32,000 nucleotides of DNA from Lysobacter sp. TY2-98 (GCF_003367355.1 NZ_CP031413.1:1126921-1158920); one strand, 5' to 3'. Shown: positions 1 to 13,573, numbered from the stretch's first letter. Notes: generated from the letters alone by a model not told the origin. A program made the numbers and translations.

Positions 1-1
1 G

Positions 2-385
2 ATGGAGCAGGAAATCGTCTTGGTGGAAGACGATGGAGCCATGCGGCAGGCGCTGCGGCGCGTGCTGTCGGGCTCGGGCTTCACCATCAAGGCGTTCGAT
101 TCCGCGGAGTCGCTGCTCGCCGAACTCGGTGCGACGCAGTGGTGGCCAGCGGCGCGCTGCTGCATCTGTGACGTGCGGCTGCCCGGCATGTCGGCGTTCG
201 AGCTGTACCGCGAACTCGCCCTGCGCGGCGCGACGGCGCAATGGATCATCATCACCGCGCATGACGCGCCGTCAGTGCGCGAACAGGCCGAACGCATCCA
301 TGCCGCCTACCTCATGAAGCCGTTCGAGGGCCGCACGCTGCTGTCGATGGTGGCGCGCGCAGCGGGCGTCGCGCCCCTGCCCTGA
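2..385 (+). CDS. stand-alone CheY-like response-regulator receiver protein
   Basis: 127-aa ORF. It has the acidic pocket MEQEIVLVEDD, the phospho-acceptor strand CICDVRLPGMS, the Thr position IIITAHD and the Lys-Pro motif YLMKPF. No output domain precedes the stop. Confidence 0.8.
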   Translation: MEQEIVLVEDDGAMRQALRRVLSGSGFTIKAFDSAESLLAELGATQWWPAARCCICDVRLPGMSAFELYRELALRGATAQWIIITAHDAPSVREQAERIHAAYLMKPFEGRTLLSMVARAAGVAPLP

Positions 386-675
386 AGGGCATCGGGCGGT
401 TCACCGAGGGCCAATTCTCGGCCTTTCCAGCGGCGCGCAGACTCGATCCGAATGGTTCCGCCGAGGAGTGCGGTCATGCACGCCGTCGCGTGTCGGGCGC
501 TGTCGCTGTCCCCCGTAGTCCGTGCGAATGACGCATGGGCCGGGGCAGGGCGCGTCGCGGGCGACGTCGCAACCTCGCACGGCGCCGAAGCCGCTGTCGA
601 TTCGAATCCCGGGATCCTCGTCCATCGCGCGTCGCGCGCCCGGGTGCGCGACCGCCGCATTCGGCGAGGTTCCCC

Positions 676-1647
676 ATGAGCGTCATCACCCACCGTGACA
701 TGGGGAACTGGCTGCCGCCGGCGGCGACGCCCGGCATGGTGTGGATTCCGGGCGGCGTGTTCCGCATGGGCGCGGATCATCCGGGGCCCTCGGAAATGCC
801 GGCGCGCTACGTCGGCGTGGCCGGCTTCTGGATGGACGCCGCGCCGGTCACCAATGCGCAGTTCGAACGCTTCGTCGAGCGCACGCATTACGTCACGCTC
901 GCCGAACGCGCGCTCGACGCCACGCTGCATCCGCATGCGGCGGCGTCGACGCTGTACCCCGCATCCGCGGTGTATTCGCCGGACGCGGCGGCGCGCGACG
1001 ACCTGTCGTCGCCGTGGCACCTCGTCGCGGGGGCCCATTGGCGGCATCCCTACGGCGCCGGCAGCTCGATCGAAGGCCGCGAGGATCATCCTGTCGTGCA
1101 CGTCGCGTATGCCGACGCCGAGGCCTACGCGGAATGGGCAGGAAAGGCGCTGCCGACCGAAGCGGAATGGGAACGCGCCGCACGCGGCGGCATGGACGAA
1201 GTGGATGACGGCTGGTCCGCCGACCACATGCACGACCTCCGCAATGCCTCGGGCTCTTGGGTGGACTACCGCCGCTGGTGCGGCCTGCCCGATCCGCATC
1301 ACGTCGACACGGCACCGGTAGGCGAGGGCGCGGCGAACGCGTTCGGTCTGTACGACATGCTCGGCAATGTCTGGGAGTGGACGTGCGATCGCGATGCGCT
1401 GCGTTCGCGGGTCGATGCACGGGCCGCGTGCACGGTGCCGCGTCGCGCGTTCGATCGCCTGGTCGACGCGGACTTCCGTAGCGCGTCGACCGCCGGGCTG
1501 CCGCGCAACGTCGCCAAAGGCGGCTCGCGCCCGGGTCCGGTCGATCACGCGGGTCTGGACCGCTTCGCCGCGCGTTTCGCGCTGCCGGTGGACACGTCGA
1601 TGTCGCACCTGGGCTTCCGTTGCGTGGTGCGGATCGGTGTCGCATGA
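676..1647 (+). CDS. formylglycine-generating enzyme (SUMF1/EgtB/PvdO) family protein
   Basis: The first ATG after the junk-like R-rich N-terminal extension of the 535..1647 ORF gives 323 aa. FGE-sulfatase hallmarks are MVWIPGGVFRMG, PVTNAQFERFV, HPVVHVAYADAEAYAEWAGKALPTEAEWERAARGG, GLYDMLGNVWEWT and a C-terminal HLGFRCV. No signal peptide is visible. Confidence 0.8.
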   Translation: MSVITHRDMGNWLPPAATPGMVWIPGGVFRMGADHPGPSEMPARYVGVAGFWMDAAPVTNAQFERFVERTHYVTLAERALDATLHPHAAASTLYPASAVYSPDAAARDDLSSPWHLVAGAHWRHPYGAGSSIEGREDHPVVHVAYADAEAYAEWAGKALPTEAEWERAARGGMDEVDDGWSADHMHDLRNASGSWVDYRRWCGLPDPHHVDTAPVGEGAANAFGLYDMLGNVWEWTCDRDALRSRVDARAACTVPRRAFDRLVDADFRSASTAGLPRNVAKGGSRPGPVDHAGLDRFAARFALPVDTSMSHLGFRCVVRIGVA

Positions 1648-1678
1648 CGACGACGCGCGCGCGACGCCGGCGCACCCC

Positions 1679-2884
1679 GTGAGTGCGGTCTCCGCCAGCG
1701 CCCTGCCGCACCCCGCCGCGTCCGCAGACGACGGTTTCTCGCTGGTCATCGGCGGGCCGCTCTATCAGCTGATGCGCAGGGCGCACATGGCGGACGCCGA
1801 GCTCCACGGCGTCACGCGACGCATGGTGGTGATCTCCCTCGTGGCCTGGGTGCCGCTGCTGCTGCTGAGCCTGGCGGAGGGCCGTGCATTTTCCGGCGTC
1901 AAGCTGCCGTTCCTGCACGACGTCGAAGCGTATGCGCGCTTCCTCGTTGCGTTGCCGTTGCTCGTGCTCGCGGAAATTCCCGTGCACCAGCGCGTGGGCG
2001 TGGCGGTCGCGCAGTTCCGCGAGCGCGCGATCGTCGCGTCCGAGGCGTGGCCACGATTCGACGCCGCGATCGCGAGCGCGCGTCGGTTGCGCAACTCGAT
2101 CACGGCCGAAGTGGTGCTGCTTCTCGCGGTGTTCATCCTCTCCCCGGTGCTGTGGACGCACGCGCTGGTGCTGCCCATCGACACCTGGTACGCGAGCATC
2201 ACGCCCGACGGCATTTCGCTGACCGGCGCGGGCTGGTGGATGGTCCACGTCAGCGTGCCGATCTTCCAGTTCATCGTCCTGCGCTGGTGGTTCCGCATCG
2301 CGATCTGGTGGATCTTCCTGTGGCGCGTGTCGCGCCTGCCGCTCGAACTGCGCGCGCTGCATCCCGATCGCGCTGGTGGTCTCAGTTTCCTCGGGGGAAG
2401 CGTCCTCGCGTTCGCGCCGCTGCTGTTCGCGCAGGGCGTGGTGTCGTCGGGCCTGATCGCAAGCCGCCTGCTGAGTGGCGGCGAGAAACTCATGGACTAC
2501 CGCGGCCAGATCGCGGTGCTCGTCATCGTGCTGGTCGCGATGATCGCCCTGCCCTTGACGTTCTTCTCCCAGAAGCTGCTGAACGAACGGCGCAATGGAT
2601 TGCGGCGGTACGGCGCGCTGTCGACACGCTACGTCACCGAGTTCGATCGCAAGTGGCTGCAGGGCGGCGACCCCGGCGAACCCCTGATCGGAAGCAGCGA
2701 CATCCAGTCTCTCGCCGATCTCGGCAACGCGAGCGCCGTCGTGAATGAAATGCGCCCGGTGCCGATCGACGTGCGCGCGATCGCGCGGCTCGCACTGGTG
2801 ACTCTCGCCCCGTTCGGCCCGCTGGTGCTGACGGTGATTCCCTTCGGTGACCTCGTGCAGCAGCTCTTCAGGATGCTCCTGTGA
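1679..2884 (+). CDS. hypothetical polytopic inner-membrane protein (family not recognised)
   Basis: This is the long frame 1367..2884. The start is ambiguous (GTG 1637, GTG 1679 or ATG 1772). Several hydrophobic helices are visible (VVISLVAWVPLLLLSL, FLVALPLLVLAEI, VVLLLAVFILSPVLW, the W-rich IFQFIVLRWWFRIAIWWIFLW, IAVLVIVLVAMIALPLTFF). It sits at or overlapping the FGE stop, so it is likely co-transcribed. Confidence 0.55.
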   Translation: MSAVSASALPHPAASADDGFSLVIGGPLYQLMRRAHMADAELHGVTRRMVVISLVAWVPLLLLSLAEGRAFSGVKLPFLHDVEAYARFLVALPLLVLAEIPVHQRVGVAVAQFRERAIVASEAWPRFDAAIASARRLRNSITAEVVLLLAVFILSPVLWTHALVLPIDTWYASITPDGISLTGAGWWMVHVSVPIFQFIVLRWWFRIAIWWIFLWRVSRLPLELRALHPDRAGGLSFLGGSVLAFAPLLFAQGVVSSGLIASRLLSGGEKLMDYRGQIAVLVIVLVAMIALPLTFFSQKLLNERRNGLRRYGALSTRYVTEFDRKWLQGGDPGEPLIGSSDIQSLADLGNASAVVNEMRPVPIDVRAIARLALVTLAPFGPLVLTVIPFGDLVQQLFRMLL

Positions 2885-2981
2885 CTGCCGGCACCGCCAC
2901 TTCTTTCCTTTCGCCGATGCGACATCGCCGTCCGACGTCGCGTTGGCGTGTTGCAGCACCAGACCTGACGGGAGACGCGCC

Positions 2982-3734
2982 ATGAACCGAATCCGCACTG
3001 CCGCCGTCGCGCTCGTTGCGCTCCCGGTGGCCGCGACTCCGTTTTCGGCGCGCGCGGGGGAGGGCGATCCATGGACGTTCAACGTCACACCCTATGTCTG
3101 GCTCGCCACCGTCAACGCGGATATCAGCGACAGCGGGCCGCCGCCAGCGAGCGTCATCACCGACAACGAGTTCGACGACGTGCTCGACAAGTTCGACGGC
3201 GCGCTTTTCATTCATGCCGAAGGGCAGGGCGATCATTTCGGCGCGCTGGCCGACTTCTCGTATCTCGGCCTGTCGCAGGAGCGCGAGCGCCCCCGCCTGC
3301 GCAGCGAGACGGATTTCGATGGCCGTTTGCTCGACCTCGCGGGCGTCTGGAGCCCGGGCGACGACCGTTTCAACGGATGGGACCTGTTCGCCGGCCTGCG
3401 TTACGTCGACACCGATTTCACCGTGTCGATCATCCCGACGGACACGACCCTCAACACGCGCTCACTCAAGACGTCGAAGAGCTACAGCGATTTCCTCTAC
3501 GGCGCGCGCTACTCGTGGAAGGCGGGTGACCGCTGGGACTTCAGCGTGCGTGGCGACGGCTCGACGGGCTCGACCAACGGCACGTGGAGCGCGAGTGCGA
3601 TCGCGCAGTACCACATGAACGTCGGGCAATGGGTATTCGGCTACCGCTACCTCGATCTGGATTTCGGCGAAGGCACGGTCGACGGACGCATCACCCTCAA
3701 CGGCCCGGTCGTCGGTTACGGCTTCAATTTCTGA
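2982..3734 (+). CDS. outer-membrane beta-barrel protein (uncharacterised family)
   Basis: ATG 2982 is preceded by GGAGA at 2971-2975. The signal peptide is MNRIRTAAVALVALPVAATPFSARA. The body has alternating aromatic/polar beta-strand patterns and ends in GYGFNF, the terminal Phe typical of BAM substrates. Confidence 0.7.
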   Translation: MNRIRTAAVALVALPVAATPFSARAGEGDPWTFNVTPYVWLATVNADISDSGPPPASVITDNEFDDVLDKFDGALFIHAEGQGDHFGALADFSYLGLSQERERPRLRSETDFDGRLLDLAGVWSPGDDRFNGWDLFAGLRYVDTDFTVSIIPTDTTLNTRSLKTSKSYSDFLYGARYSWKAGDRWDFSVRGDGSTGSTNGTWSASAIAQYHMNVGQWVFGYRYLDLDFGEGTVDGRITLNGPVVGYGFNF

Positions 3735-3792
3735 CGCGCGCACGCACGGCGCGGTCGTCCACCGGTTCCTGCACCCCACCAGGAGATTGGAA

Positions 3793-4596
3793 ATGAAGGC
3801 ATTCAACAGGTCGTTGCTGGCAGCCACCATCGCCGCGGCGGCGCTTCTGCCGGTCGCCGGAGTCGCGATGGCGCAGGACGACGCCGCGACACCGGCCGCC
3901 GCGCCACGCAGCGCCATCACTCCCGATGCCGCAGCCGCGCTCCAGCGGATGAAGGACTACCTCGGCAAGCTCAAGGCCTTCCAGGTGGACGCCGACATCT
4001 CGCGTGACGAAGTGCTGCCCTACGGCTACAAGCTGCAGCACAACGAGCGCACGCGGATGATCGTGCAGCGGCCCAACCGCTTCCGCATCGACGTCGACGG
4101 CGATCTCCGCCATCGCCGCTACTACTACGACGGCGCGACGCTCACTACGGTGGCCCCGGATGCGAACGTCTACGCGAAATTCGACGCGCCGGACAACGTC
4201 AATGCAGTGGTGACCAAGCTGCTCGACATGGGCGCGGAGATGCCGCTGGTCGACGTGCTCCGCCAGGGCTTCGGCGGCACCTTGCTCGACGGCGTACGCG
4301 TGGGTCTCGTCGTCGGCGAAAGCCCTGTCGAGGGCGTGACGACGCAACAGGTCGCGTTCCGCCAGGCCCCGGTCGACTGGCAGATCTGGATCACGCCGGA
4401 AGGACAGCCGCGCAAGATCGTGATCACGACGCGCTACGAGGTCGGCGACCCGCAGTACCAGGCGGTACTGCACTGGGACACTACGCCGAGCATCGCCTCG
4501 AACACGTTCAGGTTCAGTCCCGCGAAGGACATGCGTGAGATTCCCTTCAACAACAAGGCCGAGGTGGCCGCGGCCACGGCGGGAGGTACGCCATGA
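3793..4596 (+). CDS. DUF2092-like periplasmic protein (LolA-like fold family)
   Basis: ATG 3793 lies 7 nt after AGGAG (3781-3785). The signal peptide is MKAFNRSLLAATIAAAALLPVAGVAMA. LQRMKDYLGKLKAFQV, the YYYDGATLT block and the VDWQIWI motif match my recollection of DUF2092 proteins. This was not verified by search. Confidence 0.6.
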   Translation: MKAFNRSLLAATIAAAALLPVAGVAMAQDDAATPAAAPRSAITPDAAAALQRMKDYLGKLKAFQVDADISRDEVLPYGYKLQHNERTRMIVQRPNRFRIDVDGDLRHRRYYYDGATLTTVAPDANVYAKFDAPDNVNAVVTKLLDMGAEMPLVDVLRQGFGGTLLDGVRVGLVVGESPVEGVTTQQVAFRQAPVDWQIWITPEGQPRKIVITTRYEVGDPQYQAVLHWDTTPSIASNTFRFSPAKDMREIPFNNKAEVAAATAGGTP

Positions 4597-5090
4597 ACTC
4601 GAAGTTCGCGTTCGCGTTCGCGTCCGCGCGGCGCTGCGGTGCGCTCGTGCTCGTCGCCGTTCCGCTGCTGGCCGTCGCGCAGTTCCGCGGCGGAGGCGGC
4701 GCGATGATGGCGCGCAGTTCCATCACCGACGCCAACCGCGCCAGCCAGATGGCGATGGACCGGAGCCGGCAGACGTCGGAGGCCCGCAATGCGCGTGTGT
4801 CGTCGGCGGGTTCGTCCTCGTCGTCGCGCAGCGTCAGCCGCGAGACGAGCCGAACGGTCAACCGCGACGTGAACATTGACGTCGATGAAGGCATCGACAT
4901 CGATCATCCGATCGCCGCCGGCGCAATGATCGGCGCGACCGCCGCGGCGATCGGCAGCTACTACGCGTCGGTGCCGGCGGGCTGCCCGATCGTCCATACG
5001 TACTCGGTCCCGTACTACCACTGCAACGGCGTCTACTACGAGCAGCGGATGCAGGGCGACCAGGTCGTCTACGTCGTCGTGCAACCGTAG
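4593..5090 (+). CDS. small secreted/membrane-anchored glycine-zipper protein, unknown function
   Basis: Its ATG overlaps the DUF2092 stop (ATGA at 4593-4596). It has a signal peptide, an R/S-rich low-complexity region, VNRDVNIDVDEGIDID, the glycine-zipper IAAGAMIGATAAAIG, and a Tyr/Cys-rich tail (CPIVHTYSVPYYHCNGVYYEQ). Confidence 0.6.
   Translation: MNSKFAFAFASARRCGALVLVAVPLLAVAQFRGGGGAMMARSSITDANRASQMAMDRSRQTSEARNARVSSAGSSSSSRSVSRETSRTVNRDVNIDVDEGIDIDHPIAAGAMIGATAAAIGSYYASVPAGCPIVHTYSVPYYHCNGVYYEQRMQGDQVVYVVVQP
4605..4628 (+). repeat. hexanucleotide tandem repeat (TTCGCG x3 + TCCGCG) inside the signal-peptide coding region
   Basis: Read directly: ttcgcg ttcgcg ttcgcg tccgcg, encoding FAFAFASA of the 4593-5090 ORF. 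Confidence 0.7.
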
Positions 5091-5106
5091 CGCGACGGAG
5101 CACGGG

Positions 5107-7395
5107 ATGACGCGTTGGCGCGCCGCTGCGGTCGCAGGACATCGCAGCGCGATGCGCTGCGGCCGTGGCGTTCTCTGCGCACTCGTCGCCCTGCTGCTCG
5201 CATTCTCGAACTGCGCGTGGGCGGGCGAACCATCGAATACCGCAGCGAAGTCCTGCGGGCTCCGCCCGCTGGGTGATACGCGGCCGCGCATCGGGCTGGT
5301 GCTCGGCGGCGGCGGTGCGCGCGGCATCGCGCATGTCAGCGTGCTGCGCCGACTCGAAGAACTCCACATTCCGATCGACTGCATCGCCGGTACCAGCATG
5401 GGCTCGCTCGTCGGCGGGCTCTACGCCTCCGGCATGAGTGCCTCCGACATCGAACACCTGGTGCGCTCGACCGACTGGCCAACGATGTTCGACGACGACG
5501 TCGCGCGGCCGCAACGCACGTTCCGTCGCAAGCAGGACGATCGCGACGGTCTGACGACGTTCGGCGTGGGCATCGGGACAAAGGGGCTGCGTATCGCGCC
5601 CGGGCTGGTGCAGGGCGAGCGCATCCTCGCGCTGCTGGAGCGGCAGACGCTGCCGGTCAGCGGCATCCACGACTTCGACAAACTTCCGATCCCGTTCCGC
5701 GCGGTCGCCACCGACGTCAACACCGGCGAAGCGGTGGTGCTCGACCACGGCAGCCTGGCGATGGCGATGCGCGCGAGCATGTCGCTACCTGCGATCTTCC
5801 ATCCGGTCGAGATCGATGGGCACCTGCTGCTCGACGGCGGCCTGGTCGATCAGGTCCCGGTCGATGTCGCGCGCGACATGGGTGCCGACATCGTGATCGC
5901 GGTCGATGTCGGCACCCCGCTCGAGAAGCTCGGCAACGACGCCAGCGCCCTGCAGGTGCTGTCGCAGATGAGCGGAATGATGACGACGGCGAATACCCGT
6001 CGTTCCCTGGCGACGCTCGGCCCGCGCGACGTGCTGATCACGCCCCAGCTCGGCACCCGCGTCGCCACCGGCGATTTCAACAAGGCGATCGAGGCGCTCG
6101 ATATCGGCACCGCGGCCGCGCAGGCCGCCAGCCCCGCGCTCGCGCGTCTGACTGCGCCGCCAGAAACCTATGCGTCGGCGCAGACCGCACGCCCGGCGCG
6201 CGGCGGCGTACCCGTCGTCGACTTCGTGCGCTTGGACAACCAGACCGCCTACGCGGACGAACTTCTACTTCGACGCATGCACGTCGAGGTGGGCAAGCCG
6301 GTGGATCTCGACCGCCTCGACGCGCAGGTGCTCGACGTCTACGGCTTCGGAACGTTTGCGAAGGTCACCTATGAAGTCGTGACGGAGGACGGTCGCACCG
6401 GCATCGTGCTGCACGCGGCGCCCAAGACGCAGGGGCCGAACTACCTGCAGTTCGGCCTCACCCACAGTTCGGATTTCGAGGGTGGCTACGACACGACGCT
6501 GCGCGCCGCGATCCTGTTCGCGCCGATCAACCGGCTCGGCGGGGAAGGGCGGGTCACGGTCGCGGTGGGCAGTGAGCCGGCGATCATCGGCGAGTACTAC
6601 CAGCCGCTCGACTTGGCCGACACCAACGTGTTCTCCGGACGGCTCGCGTACGAGAACCCCAACCTCAACGTGTTCGACGGCGACGGCAACGTGGTCGCGC
6701 GCTACGACATCCAGGCGATCCGGCTGCGGCTGCAGCTCGCGCACGAGTTTGGCCGGATCGGATCGGCCGGCGGCGGGGTCGAGTTCGGCAAGGGGCGCGC
6801 CGGGGTGGAGATCGGCGATCCATCACTGGCGTCCTCCGATTTCCAGGAAGGCGGCGCCTATGTGTTCGGCACGGTCGATCGCCTCGACAGCCTGTTCTTC
6901 CCGCGCGGCGGCTACTTCGCCACGGCGCGCTATGCGGTGTCGCGCGAGTCGCTCGGGGCGGACCAGGACTACGCGCAATTCGACTTCGACGCGGTGATCG
7001 CGCGCAGCTTCGGCGCGCATGCGTTGCAGCTGGGCGGGCGCTACCACAGCACGGTCGAAGGCGAGCTTCCGCTGTATGCGCGCTACCGCCTCGGCGGACT
7101 GATGCGCCTCGCGGGCTTCCGCATCAACGAACTCACCGGCCAGCACTACGCACTGATGTTCGCCGGCTACAGCTACAAGCTGGCGAGCCTGTTCGGGCGC
7201 GCCGCGCTGGTCGGCTCCACGCTGGAGTACGGCAACGCGTGGGAACGGCGCTCCGACATCTCGTTCGCCGACGCCGTGCTCAACGGCAGCCTCTACGTGG
7301 GCTTCGACTCGTGGCTGGGCCCGATGGCTTTCGGTTACGGCTGGCGCGAGGCGGGCAAGGGCGCGCTGTTCCTCGAGATCGGCCGGACGTTCTGA
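5107..7395 (+). CDS. patatin-like phospholipase with POTRA + Omp85-type beta-barrel (PlpD-like, type Vd secretion)
   Basis: Patatin motifs are present: the oxyanion GGGGARG, the nucleophile elbow GTSMG and the DGG Asp (LLLDGGLVDQVP). A POTRA-like segment (VVDFVRLDNQTAYADELLLRRMHVEVGKPVD) follows, then a long amphipathic beta-strand C-terminus ending in IGRTF. The alternative start ATG 5152 gives a cleaner signal peptide (MRCGRGVLCALVALLLAFSNCAWA). Confidence 0.85.
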   Translation: MTRWRAAAVAGHRSAMRCGRGVLCALVALLLAFSNCAWAGEPSNTAAKSCGLRPLGDTRPRIGLVLGGGGARGIAHVSVLRRLEELHIPIDCIAGTSMGSLVGGLYASGMSASDIEHLVRSTDWPTMFDDDVARPQRTFRRKQDDRDGLTTFGVGIGTKGLRIAPGLVQGERILALLERQTLPVSGIHDFDKLPIPFRAVATDVNTGEAVVLDHGSLAMAMRASMSLPAIFHPVEIDGHLLLDGGLVDQVPVDVARDMGADIVIAVDVGTPLEKLGNDASALQVLSQMSGMMTTANTRRSLATLGPRDVLITPQLGTRVATGDFNKAIEALDIGTAAAQAASPALARLTAPPETYASAQTARPARGGVPVVDFVRLDNQTAYADELLLRRMHVEVGKPVDLDRLDAQVLDVYGFGTFAKVTYEVVTEDGRTGIVLHAAPKTQGPNYLQFGLTHSSDFEGGYDTTLRAAILFAPINRLGGEGRVTVAVGSEPAIIGEYYQPLDLADTNVFSGRLAYENPNLNVFDGDGNVVARYDIQAIRLRLQLAHEFGRIGSAGGGVEFGKGRAGVEIGDPSLASSDFQEGGAYVFGTVDRLDSLFFPRGGYFATARYAVSRESLGADQDYAQFDFDAVIARSFGAHALQLGGRYHSTVEGELPLYARYRLGGLMRLAGFRINELTGQHYALMFAGYSYKLASLFGRAALVGSTLEYGNAWERRSDISFADAVLNGSLYVGFDSWLGPMAFGYGWREAGKGALFLEIGRTF

Positions 7396-7472
7396 CATGA
7401 CGCCGACCCACTTCACGGATACGACCCCTCGCGCGACGGACCCGTCGCGCCTTTCGAGTGGAGGACCACGAC

Positions 7473-8627
7473 ATGGACGAGCATGACGAGCGCGCCACGA
7501 TCCTTGCAGTCGACGACACGCCCGAAAACCTGGCGCTGATCAGCGGGCTGTTGCGCCACGACTACCGCGTGAAAGTCGCCCCGGATGGCGAGCGGGCGCT
7601 GCAGATCGCCCACGCCGCACCACCGGATATCATCCTGCTCGACATCATGATGCCCGGCATGGACGGGTACGAGGTCATGCGCCGCCTGCAGGCGGACGCT
7701 GCGACTGCGCAGGTGCCGGTGATCTTCCTCACCGCCATGGCCGGCGTGGACGACGAACGAAAGGGCCTCGAACTCGGCGCAGTGGACTACATCACCAAGC
7801 CGATCAGTCCGTCGATCACGCTGGCGCGCGTGCGCAACCACCTGCAACTCAAGCGCGTGCGCGATTTCCTGCAGGACCAGAACGCATTTCTCGAACAGGA
7901 AGTCGCACTTCGAACGCGCCAGGTGGCGCGCATCCAGGACGTCACCATCCGTGCGATGGCGTCGCTGGCGGAGACGCGCGACAACGAGACCGGCAACCAC
8001 ATCCTGCGCACGCAGCACTACGTGCGCCGTCTCGCCCAGCAGCTCGCCGAACACCCGCGCTTCACCGCGTTCTGCACGCCGTCGAACATCGACCTGCTGT
8101 TCAAGTCGGCGCCGTTGCACGACATCGGCAAGGTCGGTGTGCCGGATCGCATCCTCCTCAAGCCCGGCAAGCTGACGGACGAGGAGTTCGAGGTCATGAA
8201 GACGCACACCACGCTCGGCAAGGAGGCGATCGAGCGTGCGCTGGAAGACGCAGGCGAGGAACTGGGTTTCCTGGAAATGGCACGGGACATCGCCTACAGC
8301 CATCAGGAGAAGTGGGACGGTTCGGGATATCCGCTGGGCCTCGCGGGCGACGACATCCCGATCTGCGGAAGGCTCATGGCCGTCGCGGATGTCTATGACG
8401 CGCTGATCAGCCGCCGTGTCTACAAGGAACCGATGAGGCACGAGGACGCCGTCGGCATCATCGTCAAGGGGCGTGGCCAGCATTTCGATCCCGATATCGT
8501 CGATGCGTTCATCGCGCTGGAGGACGAGTGCCGGCATATCGCCGAGCACTTCATCGACAGCGACCGCGAGATGGCAATCGCTGCGCAGCGCACGCAGCAA
8601 TCGCTCGGCGACCGGATCCATCCGTGA
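7473..8627 (+). CDS. response regulator with HD-GYP domain (c-di-GMP phosphodiesterase, RpfG family)
   Basis: ATG 7473 lies after GGAGGA (7460-7465). The receiver shows [22 protein letters not shown] and ITKP. The HD-GYP domain shows [10 protein letters not shown] and [14 protein letters not shown]. Confidence 0.9.
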   Translation: MDEHDERATILAVDDTPENLALISGLLRHDYRVKVAPDGERALQIAHAAPPDIILLDIMMPGMDGYEVMRRLQADAATAQVPVIFLTAMAGVDDERKGLELGAVDYITKPISPSITLARVRNHLQLKRVRDFLQDQNAFLEQEVALRTRQVARIQDVTIRAMASLAETRDNETGNHILRTQHYVRRLAQQLAEHPRFTAFCTPSNIDLLFKSAPLHDIGKVGVPDRILLKPGKLTDEEFEVMKTHTTLGKEAIERALEDAGEELGFLEMARDIAYSHQEKWDGSGYPLGLAGDDIPICGRLMAVADVYDALISRRVYKEPMRHEDAVGIIVKGRGQHFDPDIVDAFIALEDECRHIAEHFIDSDREMAIAAQRTQQSLGDRIHP

Positions 8628-8661
8628 CATCCGCGACGTCGTACACGTCAGGGGAACGGCC

Positions 8662-13530
<4,869 letters not shown>

Positions 13531-13532
13531 AC

Positions 13533-13553
13533 GGGCGCGGGACGTCCGCGCCC
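13533..13553. terminator. GC-rich hairpin between convergent genes (possible bidirectional terminator)
   Basis: GGGCGCGG-GACGT-CCGCGCCC forms a perfect 8-bp stem. It lies 3 nt after the kinase stop and 20 nt after the DUF4136 stop. There is no U-tract on either strand, so intrinsic-terminator status is weak. Confidence 0.3.
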
Positions 13554-13573
13554 ATCGGTTCCGCGATCCGCAG

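Noticed and set aside
596-624. A tRNA-like 3' end: TTCGAATCC T-loop consensus followed by CGGGATCCTCG and TCCA.
   Set aside because: No complementary 5' T-stem arm, acceptor 5' strand (GAGGATC), D-arm or anticodon arm is present in the preceding 80 nt, so this is not a tRNA gene. It could be a degraded att-type scar of a tRNA-targeting element. No integrase, direct-repeat partner or compositional island is visible in the window to support that. A BLAST of the 29-mer against the genome's tRNA genes would settle it.
452-679. A 75-aa ORF whose TGA overlaps the FGE start (ATGA), superficially like the leader ORFs reported elsewhere.
   Set aside because: It has no SD, a junk-like translation, and lies in an ordinary intergenic region. 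It serves as a base-rate control. About two-thirds of the ATG starts I called in this window read ATGA, and +1 frames are generally open upstream.
893-3088. A 731-aa minus-strand ORF spanning the FGE, membrane-protein and OMP genes. Similar long antisense or off-frame ORFs include 307..1749(-), 8551..10329(-), 10369..12021(-), 12792..14516(-), 16476..17804(-), 17838..19115(-), 21941..24340(-), 28094..29851(-), 28399..29847(+) and 30061..31242(-).
   Set aside because: Their translations are R/A/P/G/H-rich low-complexity strings with no recognisable motifs. They lie opposite, or out of frame with, ORFs that carry clear family signatures. These are typical stop-poor shadow frames of high-GC DNA.
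8473-8661. An upstream extension of the hybrid-kinase ORF (track start 8473) overlapping the end of the HD-GYP gene.
   Set aside because: The extension translates to junk-like sequence and is out of frame within the well-supported HD-GYP C-terminus. ATG 8662 has an SD and is followed immediately by a TM helix.
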